From contig CM022671.1 in the NCBI GenBank assembly GCA_012295275.1, forward strand, positions 682,001 to 746,000: a DNA stretch of 64,000 nucleotides, in the 5' to 3' direction. The DNA is from Chrysomallon squamiferum. Its lineage: Eukaryota > Animalia > Mollusca. The notes beneath the pieces are model-generated. The model was not told where the DNA came from and made no database searches. It saw only the letters and a program-made list of their open reading frames with translations. Positions 14,149 to 28,818 of this stretch are shown here, in pieces. Each line of letters starts with the position of its first letter. The stretch's first letter is position 1. A program made the translations under genes and the position numbers.

Positions 14149-17100
14149 CCTGTTTTGAAATATGTTTATAGAGGTCAACTATATAAATATTTTTAAAAAG
14201 TAACAGAAAATAACACACTGATAATTATGTCTTAATGTTAGATGTCTGTGACAGTTACTAATATAAATTTATAAAAATTGTATTGTTTTATCATTCTTTT
14301 GTCATCCTATCTTTCTGTTAATTTTTTGTCTTACATACTATGACAAGAAGAAGATTTAAGTCAGTAGCACTTTTCATGTTCATTCAGCTTGGATTTAACT
14401 AATGACAGAAGATAATCTTGTACAAGAAAAAACATGTTGCTACAAATTGCCACAGGGTTTATCTAAACATGATCAGATCTGTGTTTACTGAGGTGTTTTA
14501 TTTCCACTGCTGCTGTTTAGAAACACTTCTACACATTAACTTCTTACTGAACAGTCTCCAGCTCACTCCTTCATAGTTCACAGTGAATAGTCTACCTTAC
14601 TGCTTCATAGTTCACTGTGAATAGTCTGTAGTTCACCCCTTCATAGTTCACAGTGAATAGTCTATAGTTCACTGCTTCATAGTTCAGTGAATAGTCTCTA
14701 CCTCACTGCTTCATAGTTCACAGTGAATAGTCTACCTTACTGCTTCATAGTTCACAGTGAATAGTCTGTAGTTCACTGCTTCATAGTTCACAGTGAATAG
14801 TCTCTACCTCACTGCTTCATAGTTCACAGTGAATAGTCTACCTTACTGCTTCATAGTTCACTGTGAATAGTCTGTAGTTCACCCCTTCATAGTTCACAGT
14901 GAATAGTCTGTAGTTCACTGCTTCATAGTTCACAGTGAATAGTCTCCACCTCACTCCTTCATAGTTCACAGTGAATAGTCTACCTTACTGCTTCATAGTT
15001 CACTGTGAATAGTCTGTAGTTCACCCCTTCATAGTTCACAGTGAATAGTCTGTAGTTCACCCCTTCATAGTTCACAGTGAATAGTCTGTAGTTCACTGCT
15101 TCATAGTTCACAGTGAAGTCTCTACCTCACTGCTTCATAGTTCACAGTGAATAGTCTCCACCTCACTGCTTCATAGTTCACAGTGAATAGTCTCCACCTC
15201 ACTCCTTCATAGTTCACAGTGAATAGTCTGTACTTCACTCCTTCATAGTTCACAGTGAATAGTCTGTACCTCACTCCTTCATAGTTCACAGTGAACAGTC
15301 TACCTTACTGCTTCATAGTTCACAGTAGTCTGTAGTTCACCCCTTCATAGTTTACAGTGAATAGTCTACCTTACTGCTTCATAGTTCAGTGAATAGTCTG
15401 TAGTTCACTGCTTCATAGTTCACAGTGAATAGTCTACCTCACTGCTTCATAGTTCACAGTGAATAGTCTCTACCTCACTGCTTCATAGTTCACAGTGAAT
15501 AGTCTCTACCTCACTGCTTCATAGTTCACAGTGAATAGTCTCCACCTCACTGCTTCATAGTTCACAGTGAATAGTCTCCACCTCACTGCTTCATAGTTCA
15601 CAGTGAATAGTCTCCACCTCACTCCTTCATAGTTCACAGTGAATAGTCTGTACTTCACTCCTTCATAGTTCACAGTGAATAGTCTACCTTACTGCTTCAT
15701 AGTTCACTGTGAATAGTCTTAGTTCACCCCTTCATAGTTCACAGTGAATAGTCTGTAGTTCACTGCTTCATAGTTCACAGTGAACAGTCTACCTTACTGC
15801 TTCATAGTTCACAGTAAATAGTCTGTAGTTCACCCCTTCATAGTTTACAGTGAATAGTCTACCTTACTGCTTCATAGTTCACAGTGAATAGTCTACCTCA
15901 CTGCTTCATAGTTCACAGTGAATAGTCTACCTCACTGCTTCATAGTTCACAGTGAATAGTCTCTACCTCACTGCTTCGTAGTTCACAGTAGATAGTCTCT
16001 ACCTTACTGCTTCATAGTTCAGTGAATAGTCTGTAGTTCACTGCTTCATAGTTCACAGTGAATAGTCTGTAGTTCACTGCTTTATAGTTCACAGTGAATA
16101 GTCTCTACCTCACTGCTTCATAGTTCAGTGAATAGTCTGTAGTTCACTGCTTCATAATTCACAGTGAATAGTCTACCTTACTGCTTCATAGTTCACAGTA
16201 AATAGTCTGTAGTTCACCCCTTCATAGTTCACAGTAAATAGTCTGTAGTTCACTGTTTCATAGTTCAGTGAATAGTCTACCTCACTGCTTCATAGTTCAC
16301 AGTGAATAGTCTGTAGTTCACTGCTTCATAGTTCACAGTGAATAGTCTCCACCTCACTGCTTCATAGTTCACCTGATGTGTAGCAGGTCACAGCTGATTA
16401 AATTTAAAACTGGAACAACTCTGTATCAGTGGCATTTCAACTCTTTGCCTTACAAGCAGTATGTGAAGGATTGTCTTTACTTCTCCAATTATTTTATTAA
16501 TTTTTTTTTTATGACTATTATTTCTTTTTATTATTCATAACTAGTACCAATAATCGTTGTGTCCAAAGGGGCTAGATAATTAGCCAGTTCTAGCCAGAGT
16601 CCAATAACTGTTGTTCTAAAGCTATGATGCTTTTCCTGTTCTAGCAAATGCCCAGTTACTGTTGTGTCTAAGGCTACATGTTATAAACAGCTGGTACCAG
16701 ATGATGGTGAAATCCAAGGCTGTGTTTCATTCAGTCATTACAAAATACTTCATGACTTTTTCAGATGTTACATTTTTATCAGTTGGTATATTATTTTATG
16801 TCTTTTAAAAAAAAAAAAATACAACAGGTTTTATTGGGGGAACTATGGATATGGATTTCTTTTATTTTAGATTTTTTTTTTTTTTTTGTAAATTTTTTAA
16901 TTTTGATTTTTAAAGTTCTTTTCTTTCAGATATTTATGGTATTTGGTTTTATGAAAAGGATGAATGTGCCTGCATAGGAAAACGTATGAACAGGTAAGAT
17001 TGAGTTTAACCGACAAAAAAGAAAGAAAATTCATTGCTGTATATCAGACATGAATTTACATGAATTTATAAATAGAAACTCAGACATGATAAAAAGTAAA

Positions 17101-20100
17101 GTGACAACCTTCATGAGCTTGTTACTTTATTTATTAAACACAAACCAGAAACAAATAATGCAGTAACTTATGTAAGTGGTTTGTACAGATTTAAACAGAG
17201 ATTTATAAAATTAGTGAACTCCACATTACAAATGCATAAATAATCATTAAAGCTGCATGTTATACTCCTCTGTGCTCCCAGTCATTCTGTTTAAAACTGC
17301 ACGTTTGTAGTCTTCCTTCTAGTTCAGTTTTTGTAAAGTGTAGTTAAAGGAAAGTTATTTCAAGTGGTTATAAATGATTTCTAAATGGACTCTGATTTCA
17401 CCACAAAAAAAATATATTAAATAATAATAATAAAAATATAAATTTAATGACAGTCAGGTTACCATAGCAACTAATTAATTCTGAACATGGGACTAATTAA
17501 ATGATAATTTCATGACTTCTTACATGGAAAAGTTGATTGTAAATGTTTTTTTTTAATTTTAATTTTTATATATTTTTTTTAATTAAAAACACTTTTTTGT
17601 GGAGATAGTTTGGTTGCTATGGCAATTATATACTTTTAGAATATGTTTTTATGTAAACACATTTGTAATATTTTATTTTTGTTAACCATTTTATATATAT
17701 ATTACTTTATTTTCCTTTTTTTTTTAAATTTCACTAATTTTTCTGAAGACAATTTGATTGCCATGACAGCTGAATCTTTTTAAAACACATTTAATCTGTC
17801 ATTATAAAATCATGTTATCTGCTGACATCTATTATTATTTTGGGGTAAGGGTTTGTGAAATTAAAACATTACATGACATTTCATTACACAGTATAAACTC
17901 CATTTTACCATGTAAAAACTTTTACAACATACCTTGTACCATTTCTTCATTTCTATCTAAAGACAATAGTGTAACCATGGCAGTTAATTACAGGTAAACA
18001 AAAATTAATGATTTTATAACAAAGATGCAATCCCACCTTGTTGGCATATTTATTTTATTCTTGTAAACTTTCAAAATTAGCCCACATTTTTTATTTTTTA
18101 TTTATTTTTTATTTTTTCTGTTGTATCTTGCTTCATAAACATATGTTGACTTAACGAAGGTCTTTGGTTGAAATCCGATGCTTTGGTTTACATAAACTGA
18201 ACATGTTTGTTTGTGAAGGAAGAGTGTTAGTTGGTAACAGTGCTATAAACTTGACAGAAAAACTGATAGTTCCAGACTACTTCATGGGTGTACCAAGCAG
18301 TCATTAGCTTTGTTGGGCAAACTTGGGATCCAGGTTAACAACTATGAAAGATAAAAAAAAAAAAAAACTTTTATCCTTCTTTCATGCTGTTGGAATTATT
18401 CTTCCAGACCCTATTACAAAAACAGTTAAGACTTTTGCCTTTGAAAATCAACTTCTGGCTAATAAAACTACCAATTGGTGCTAAAATGGTCTTGTTAATT
18501 TTCAGTTACCTTCTTCATTTAGAAAAAGGAACGGTGTTTATGGATAAGCAGTCTTGTTTATATATTAGTATTAAATCTTGTTTAGTTTTTGATTCATGGA
18601 GAAGCTTGTGTGGTTCATTGGTAGTGTCTCCATTTTAATGCCTTTGTAGATTTTTACTGAAATTTTTTTTTTTTAAATAATGATATGGCTGTGTCTTCAG
18701 GTATCAAATTGGACATAGGATTGTTACTTCTGCTTGCAGATATTGGATAATTCTCTTTCCAATAAAAAACAACTGATTGTTTATCACAGTGTATCATATA
18801 TATTTGATTGGTTCATCAAAGTTCATTATATGTATTGCTGATGAGATACAGGAAAGTACTCTTGCTGCTAATTAGTAAAAGTAGCCCTTGTTGCCATTGC
18901 AGCACCTTTCCTTAGAATCATCAATCATGTTTGATGTCAAATAATTATTAATATAAAAATATTGTTAAATGCTTTAAGAATCAATGGTTTTTGTTTTTGT
19001 ATTATTAAAAAACCCAGTACATATTATATACACTAAAAAATGTATCTGACGTCTCCAAAACAACATGTCTTGGGAAAAACATGTTTGTTTTTTCATCATC
19101 TCTGTTATCTATAAACCATGTGTATGATGACATAAAATCATAGATTAAATAAATGTTCATGTGTTAATAACATAAAATGTTGTGAAAAAAGAGTGTAAAC
19201 ACTGAGCTGAATGAAGACCTTTCACCCTAAAAGATTTTGACTTGTCTGATTATCTGTGCTGTGCTTTTTTCTGGTGCTTCGCTTTATAAATAGCAGTAAT
19301 AACTTCAAAGAAAAAATCGTTTGAAGTTTATCTGTTTAAACTGGAGTAAAACAAGGAAAATTCAAAACAGTGATGCTTGATGTTAAAATATTCAGACAGT
19401 AATAATTAATGCTGAATTCTTGATTAATCTTTATCTTTACCATGTTATTGCTAATCACAAATTGCACGCACACACACCAAAAAATTATAAAAAACATCCA
19501 TCCATCCTTTTTTTTTTAATATTATTTCTTATTTAATTATTGTTACTTTAATTAATTTGTTAATATTTAAATTACTTTATCTTCTTCAGGAATATATATT
19601 TATTTATTTATTTACAATTGTTGTTATTGAAACTAAGTGTTAGATTTAATAAATAAAATGTTTTATGGTTTGGTTGACAGAATATAACAAATATTATTTT
19701 AGGAAAGAAAAAAATTGTTCATTGTCATTTTTTATTTTTTTTATTTCATAGTTGTTTTGTTTTACTCTTTCTGTATAAAAGTAATTATAATTATTAAAAA
19801 GAAGAATATAAAGAAAGTAATGATCAAAAAAAGGAATATAAATACAACAAAAGTTGAAGTAAAAAGGAAAAAAAAAATATTAAATTGAAAAAATATGGCA
19901 ATATATATTTTTTAATTTAATATTATTTTTCTTTTATATAAATATATAAACTTTTTTTTTAAGTTATAAAATAAAGACAAAAAAAAAAAAAAAAAGAAAA
20001 AATTAGAAACTATATACTGACCAATTTTTTTTTTTTTTTTAAATTATGTAACAAAGAAAGAAAACAGGATTTAAAAAAAAAAAAAAAAAAAAAATGAGTG

Positions 20101-23100
20101 TGTTCTCAGTGGACAGAGGTGTGAGGACTGCAGGTTTGTCTGCACCTGGGATCAAACACAGCTTTTGAAATTGTTCTCATCATCAATCACGTTGGCAACA
20201 ACCCACTAGCTGCAGTGAGACAGTGATAAACCACATGTCAGATCACACAACACCAACACACTAACACAGTAACTAACACAGCAAGACAGTGATAAACCAC
20301 ATGTCAGATCACACAACACAGTAACTAACACAGCAAGACAGTGATAAACCACATGTCAGATCACACAACACAGTAACTAACACAGCAAGACAGTGATAAA
20401 CCACATGTCAGATCACACAACACAGTAACTAACACAGCAAGACAGTGATAAACCACATGTCAGATCACACAACACACTAACTAACACGGCAAGACAGTGA
20501 TAAACCACGTCAGATCACACAACACACTAACACAGCAAGACAGTGATAAACCACATGTCAGATCACACAACACAGTAACTAACACAGCAAGACAGTGATA
20601 AACCACATGTCAGATCACACAACACAGTAACTAACACAGCAAGACAGTGATAAACCACATGTCAGATCACACAACACACAGTAACTAACACAGCAAGACA
20701 GTGATAAACCACATGTCAGATCACACAACACACTAACACAGCAAGACAGTGATAAACCACGTCAGATCACACAACACAACACAGTAACTAACACAGCAAG
20801 ACAGTGATAAACCACATCAGATCACACAACACAGTAACTAACACAGCAAGACAGTGATAAACCACATGTCAGATCACACAACACACTAACACAGCAAGAC
20901 AGTGATAAACCACATGTCAGATCACACAACACACTAACACAGTAACTAACACAGCAAGACAGTGATAAACCACATGTCAGATCACACAACACAGTAACTA
21001 ACACAGCAAGACAGTGATAAACCACATGTCAGATCACAACACACTAACAGCAAGACAGTGATAAACCACATGTCAGATCACACAACACACTAACACAGCA
21101 AGACAGTGATAAACCACATGTCAGATCACACAACACACTAACACAGCAAGACAGTGATAAACCACATGTCAGATCACACAACACACTAACACAGCAAGAC
21201 AGTGATAAACCACATGTCAGATCACACAACACAGTAACTAACACAGCAAGACAGTGATAAACCACATGTCAGATCACACAACACACTAACACAGCAAGAC
21301 AGTGATAAACCACATGTCAGATCACAACACACTAACACAGCAAGACAGTGATAAACCACATGTCAGATCACACAACACACTAACACAGCAAGACAGTGAT
21401 AAACCACATGTCAGATCACACAACACCAACACAGTAACTAACACAGCAAGACAGTGATAAACCACATCAGATCACACAACACACTAACACAGCAAGACAG
21501 TGATAAACCACATGTCAGATCACACAACACACACACTAACACAGCAAGACAGTGATAAACCACATGTCAGATCACACAACACACAACACAGTAACTAACA
21601 CAGCAAGACAGTGATAAACCACATGTCAGATCACACAACACAGTAACTAACACAGCAAGACAGTGATAAACCACATGTCAGATCACAACACACTAACAGC
21701 AAGACAGTGATAAACCACATGTCAGATCACACAACACACTAACACAGCAAGACAGTGATAAACCACATGTCAGATCACAAACCAACACACTAACACAGCA
21801 AGACAGTGATAAACCACATGTCAGATCACACAACACACTAACACAGCAAGACAGTGATAAACCACATGTCAGATCACAAACCAACACACTAACACAGCAA
21901 GACAGTGATAAACCACATGTCAGATCACACAACACACTAACACAGCAAGACAGTGATAAACCACGTCAGATCACAAACCAACACACTAACACAGCAAGAC
22001 AGTGATAAACCACATGTCAGATCACACAACACACTAACACAGTAACTAACACAGCAAGACAGTGATAAACCACATGTCAGATCACACAACACACTAACAC
22101 AGCAAGACAGTGATAAACCACACGTCAGATCACACAACACACTAACACAGTAACTAACACAGCAAGACGGTGATAAACCACATGTCAGATCACACAACAC
22201 TAACACAGCAAGACGGTGATAAACCACGTCAGATCACACAACACTAACACAGCAAGACGGTGATAAACTACATGTCAGATCACAACACACTAACACAGTA
22301 ACTAACACAGCAAGACTGATAAACCACATGTTAGATCACACAACACACTAACACAGTAACTAACACAGCAAGACAGTGATAAACTACGTGTCAGATCACA
22401 ACACACTAACACAGTAACTAACAGCAAGACAGTGATAAACTACATGTCAGATCACACAACACACTGATAAACCACATGTCAATCTACACACACACAACAC
22501 AGAACAGTGATAAACCACGTCAGATCACAACACACTAACACAGTAACTAACAGCAAGACAGTGATAAACTACATGTCAGATCACACAACACACTAACACA
22601 CCAACATCAATGAAGTCAATATATTTTTATTTTTATTTTTTTTTTTCTTTTGTTGGTTTTACAAATGCTGTTAAAATTTTTTTTAAAATACAACACTGAA
22701 ATAATTATTTTTGTTTTTCTGTAAAATTTTTGTGTTTGTTCAGGTGAACTAAAACTATTTCTGTATCAGAGGGTTTTAAAACGTTTTAAAATTATTAGAT
22801 AAGTAAAAGGAATAATAGCAGTAGTAGTAGTAGTAGTAGTAAAAGTAGTGATTGTAATATTTAGCTGTAACTAGTAGAAGTAGTAGTACACATATCACAG
22901 TACAGTAGTAGCAGGACTGACTAGTAATAGATCTAACAACAGGATAAATATTTATCACAGTGTGCTGTGATGGCTGTGGCAGTCATGGTGATTTTAATAA
23001 TTATAACAGTAATTGTAGTAGTTGTGGTGGTAGCCATGGTAGCATCAGTAGTTCTTAATAGCACTGAAACAGTACAGAATCTATAACTGATGTGTAAAAA

Positions 23101-26100
23101 GAGCTGTGATGGATTGTGTGACTGGTTTATAACAGATATGCTGTAATGATAGTGGTCATGTTAAAAATTAAAACTCTTCACAATACATATTCTGAAAAAT
23201 CCAAATTCAGTCATGCATAGATGTGAAGTTATAAAACATTAAAATTGCGTAAGGATTGTGTAATGTATGGTGTGATTGTTTGATGTTATGAAGTCACATT
23301 GTTGGTGGTTACGTTTTATAGCATATACACACATTAGTTTTTACATTTAAAAATGAGTTTTTGATTATTTTCCTTTAAGATAGCTTCACAGATTTGTGAT
23401 ATCAGTTAAAAACACTAATATATTATCTCTCTCAGAGAAGTAAAAAATTATATTTGAAAAATCCAGAGTTTTGAAGTTTTTCTCTTTTTCGTCTTTTAGC
23501 ACTTTGAAATCTGAGTTCACACACACAGAGATCTCTGTAACCTAAATAGTATTTATTTATTTTGGTTGTTTTCATTTTGGAAAGTATGCTTAATGTTTTT
23601 CATTGGCTTAGATCATCAAATATATATAAAAAATAAAAAAAAGTAAAAGAAAAAATCTAAGGGAAAAATATAGAATTCACTGAAAATATCAGAAGTAAGC
23701 ATGTGTTGCTATGGATACAGCTGGCAACAGTAATGGTGGTGTTTTGATGTATCTTAATTTTTTTGAGTTTATTTTAACATAGGCAATCATTTTTTATTGT
23801 TTTTTAATTTTTTTTTTGTCTTTTTTTAAATTTATTATTATTTTTCACAAAATTTAGTTTTAAGTTTACTTTTATCTGTACATGTGTGTGTGTGTCTCTA
23901 TACACACAAATATACATACACGTGTACTAGTGAACTGAAAAGAAATTAGGTCAGACATCTCTGTTGTTACAAGTAAGTACTTGAATGATAGATAACAAAC
24001 TAAACTAGTTTACTGACCATGTACTTAGTTCACTAGACTATTGACCATTTACTTACTTTGATGACAATCTACAAATTATTTTATATAAATTTCTTCTGAG
24101 TTGTTATATTTATTTACTTAGCTAATTTGTTGGACTTTTTCTTACTGAATAATAACAGTTGGCCATCTGTACACTACTCAAGTATGTTGATTACCTACAT
24201 AACTATTCTACTTTACTAACCAATCACATTCTGGTTTGTTTTGGGGTTTTTTATCACCTAATATATAACTAGTTTAATTGCCATCTACCTACTATATTCA
24301 CCTACTTAATATACACTGTGTTGAACATTTATTATTGAAGCAAGAAAGAGATAACTCAGTATAATTACTGTTTATTGTCTTTTCATTTTTGTGTAGTTTT
24401 TGTGTGTGTTTTTGACAGAGGTAATTAATTACTGTGACGTACAAGGAGGTTAGATCAGTTGTCAGAATGAGCAGGCTTGCTTTGGGTTTTTTTTCTGAAT
24501 TTCTTTTTCTTCTTTTCCTCCTCTTTTTGTTGTCGGATAAATTCATTACTGCTCGAGTTGCAAGTTCCAAATAGGAAAAAAGTTTTCTTTGGTTTGGAAA
24601 CTAATAGTTGCAAAATATTTTGATTTTGAAATTATTTGAATTTTGTGATATAAGAAATTATAATAGTGTGTTGTAAGACACATGAAAGAATTTAATAACA
24701 ATAATAAAAGTAATAATAGTAATAATAATCTTAGTTGTAATAAAAACAATAATAAAAAAAAACAAAAAAACAATAACAATAACAACCACAACCACAACAA
24801 ATGCAAAATAATGTTTAATTTAAAGTGTTTTGATAAATCAAAGGCTGTTTAACTTGTCATGGTAACGGCAATCCAAACAGTTACTGCACAGCATGTTATC
24901 TTTATCTTTGTAATATGAATAAAACATTAGATTGTTTTTTATCTCTGGGTTACGTCACAGGGTTTTTTTTGTTGTTGTTGTTGAGTTATTTACAGACATG
25001 CACCAAACAATTTTGAAAACTAATTTCAAACCAGTTTGCTTGTTGATTTTTTTATTTGATTTTTTATGCATGTTTTTTGTGTGTGTTCTTTATATTGTTT
25101 ACAGAGGTAGTTTTGAATGACTGTTTTAAGTATTAAGTAACATTTGTTATCATTATTATTAAGATGACGATGATAATAATGATAACTGACATCATCATCA
25201 TTATCATTAATTATGATTACTAAAAGAAGAATATCCAAAAACAGGTTTTTTTTTTTTCCCCCCACAGCGTACAGTTATACTTCTGCAAATCTTACTGGCA
25301 GGGTTTTTTCTTTTTTCTGTAGAAACAAAAGTGAAGTTAATGCTGGCAGTTTTGTGTGTTTGTTATAAATATTTGTGTATAACTGTTTAGGAAACAGAAC
25401 TGATCGTGTGGTAAGAAAAGGTTACTGAGCTGATTCCACTCTGCTGGTTCTTGATCTGGCTTGAAGATTACTGAGGACACACATCAAAAGCACATTACCT
25501 GCACATGTTCAGTGTGGAAGTTATTACTTGTAAAATGTGCACAGTTTACACAAGTGTTCTCATTGTGTGCTTGCATTTCTCATAGATGTAGGTTAAATAA
25601 AAATACAGGAAGACTCAGCTACCTTGCAAAGATTTCTCTCTTTTTCATGTCGCAGTCCCCTCTACTTTTTCCCAAATCCACGGTTAACTGAATTCTGACC
25701 TTTTCCTGGAGATGAGATATTGAACTTTTTGAGGAAAGGAAGTGGGAAATCACTTGAGATGGTTTCAGTCTGTCTGTCCTAACAGGTGTTAATGAGGTGC
25801 ACCATCTCACACCTGTATTACCTGAACTAATTTGATTTATTTCCTTTGGCAATGGGACTTATCTCTCTTTTACTAAATGGCTGCTATTTTGAAACTTTAT
25901 CTGATATGATAAGAAGCATGGTTACCACAGAACACTTAAAAAGACATCTGACACTGGTATCTGAATACAGGACTGGTGTGCCTATCTGATGTGTTCTACA
26001 TCACTTTTGAAAATATTGACGTATCAGTGTTTAATGACTAAGTACAGACTGCTGTTTCATATCATTGTCACTTCCAGCAGAGATTGATGCAAAACAAAAA

Positions 26101-28722
26101 AGAATCCTGAACTTGTAGAAATACAAACACAACACTGCATGCACATGTACAAGCATACACACACAAAATGGAGATTAAACCACATTTTGAGGATTGGCAA
26201 GTTGTATATGTTTTCATAACCCTTAAGTCATAAACTTTGGCAAGTTGTATAAAACTACCATCACTGTGTGTTACAGGTTTAGTCCAGTTCAGAAAACTCT
26301 TCCACTGGTGATGGTTAATTGTTGAACAATGGTGGATTGTTTTTGTTTTGTTGTTTTTACAGCATTGCTGAGTTTGTTCTAAATACAAGTGTCACACATC
26401 AGAATCTGTTAGATTGATCGAACATTTATAATAATTTCACTTACAGTTCTCAGTGTTTATTTCCTAAATACTCCATCACATGTACAACAGTACAGTCAGT
26501 CTTCCGTTTAATGGACTGAAAGGCTGAAAAAGTTGTCTGGAAAACAAAAAATTCATCACTAACAATTACAGAACAATACACAGAACTAAATTTACTTTAA
26601 TTCATGGTTTTTGCTTACTCTGATGGACAGTGGATTGAGTTTGTTTTGTCATCATTGTAACTTGGTAATTGGAACAGTTTATTCTGAATCAGTGGATATT
26701 CAAGAATATTTGTTGATCTCCCAAAGTTTGCCTGGATTTTCTGAAATTCAGCAAATAGAGGTTTGTTGTATTACTTTGACTGATGTATTGTGACCCACTT
26801 CGGTGATTTCTCTTTCAAATTAATTTGCATAAAACAGTGGAATAAATATTTATTGTAATTTGTCACTGCTATCATTTCTCCTCCCCCAAGAGTTGGTGCC
26901 TTATAAAATATTTATGATCTGGAATCCTGGATCATGCTGTGAATACAGCAGCTGTTTAATCTTTTTTCTCTAATCATTTGATTTAATCATCAGTATGTGT
27001 ACACATGTGCATGTTTTGTGTGTTTGGTGTGAATAAGTGCATTTTGTGTGTTCATGTGCATGCATGCAGTATTTAAATTTGTTCATGGCAGTGATCCTTA
27101 ATTAATAGTGAAATGACATGAACAGGGAATAATACTTTCTACATGTAACTGAGTAGACTGAATATGTTAACATCACATGGCACAATAATTGCACATAGAA
27201 AATAATTACTAGTATTTCCAAGCTAGTAGTTACATTTAAAAAGAACAGTTTGATAAGACATGACTAGACAGATATATAACGAGTGAAATAGAGAAGTTTT
27301 AAGTGTCACACTAGTTTTTCACGCTGGTGTTGAAAAACGTGTTTCTCAGTGTGAATGTGTTTGTAATTACAGAAAGCTCTGTAACAGCAGACTAAACATC
27401 ATGCTGTTGCTTGTCGAGTGCTGGTGCACACAGCTCAGTGCAGGATTCATTTCAAGCCCTTTACACTGTGCCAAGTGCAAAACATTCCTGCATTTGGTTG
27501 TGTTTGCTGTGCGCAAAGTTTCCACGAACAACACACGACTCCCATTTAGCAGGATAACATGATAACTGTCATATATCACTTGATTTTATGAGAGAAAAAC
27601 GGTTCACATCTGACAGTAAAACAAATGTTAATAAAAGTCCTTGCAGACTCATACTGCTCCTAACTGGTTTCTGATCATGTCTGTGACTCTGTGTGGGTTG
27701 AGCATTTGCCTAATTCCCATTCCAACCATTGCTCAAATGATGGTCCACAGCATCAGAATTTTTAGCTTTTTGTCCCGTTTATACATACAAGATGTCTACC
27801 CTGCATTTTTACATTTTTGTAACAATTTCTAACATCTCTGTATAATTGTTAATAACTACAGTATACTCGGGTAGCTATTAATATATAAAAATGAGTTGTG
27901 GTAATAATTAATCTCACACAAGATTGAATTACTAAAACTGGGTTCAGGTAGTTATTAATGTTAAACTGCTTGGAAGTAAATGTTTATGTGAAACTGGGTT
28001 GAAATAATTGTTGTTACAAAAGTGATTCAGGTAATCATTAATGTCACTGAGATGTTGTTTTCATTCACTGGGTCTGTCTGGAGAGTTTTGCTTTCCAACA
28101 AGTGATACTCATGAATGGAGGTGAACTATCTGAAGTGGCTGGAATGTACAGGTGCTGGGTCTGGTTGTGGTGGGGTTGCTGACTTGTAACCAGGTCACTG
28201 AGCAAGAGCTTTTGTCAGTATAAAGTACTGAGTGGATTTTGGAGTCGTTCTTGAAGAACACACACACACACACACATTGTGCAATATGTTTTTGAAATTA
28301 TAAATACATATATTAGTGCATGTGTTCCTTGGGAATGGGAGGTTTTGGGGTTTTTTTTTTTTTTTTTTATATTTTTTCGAGGTTTTTTAAATCCAGTATC
28401 TGACAATAAAAGTGAAAAACAGTTTTATCATATCTTGTATTATGTTTGTAAAAATCCCATTTGTGTTCTAACAATTAACACAGATTAGATACTCAAGTAA
28501 TTAAATGTCAGAATAAACAGTGCAGTTTTGTCTACTTTATCATTGTAATGGATGGTACTGGGCTTTGTCTTGCATCTCTGCTTACTGAAACATCACACGC
28601 TGTGCTATGTACTCTGCTGTTCATTAGAAAAATAGGTAAAAGATTCCTAGCAACCAACAGATGAAAACAGCAATTTCCTAAATTAATTTAATTTTTGAAA
28701 AGTAATTTGGTGGTTGTTATCT

Positions 28723-28818
<96 letters not shown>

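Noticed and set aside
20822-22227. Cys-rich minus-strand ORFs (metallothionein/KAP-like)
   Set aside because: Translations of the 48/52-bp satellite with frequent frameshifts and no gene structure
14548-22600. Long regular repeat arrays resembling CRISPR
   Set aside because: No unique spacers, no cas genes, and both arrays lie in eukaryotic introns; they are minisatellites
22953-22975. TATCACAGTGTGCTGTGATGG resembling the miR-2 family
   Set aside because: No complementary star arm; only a short local palindrome
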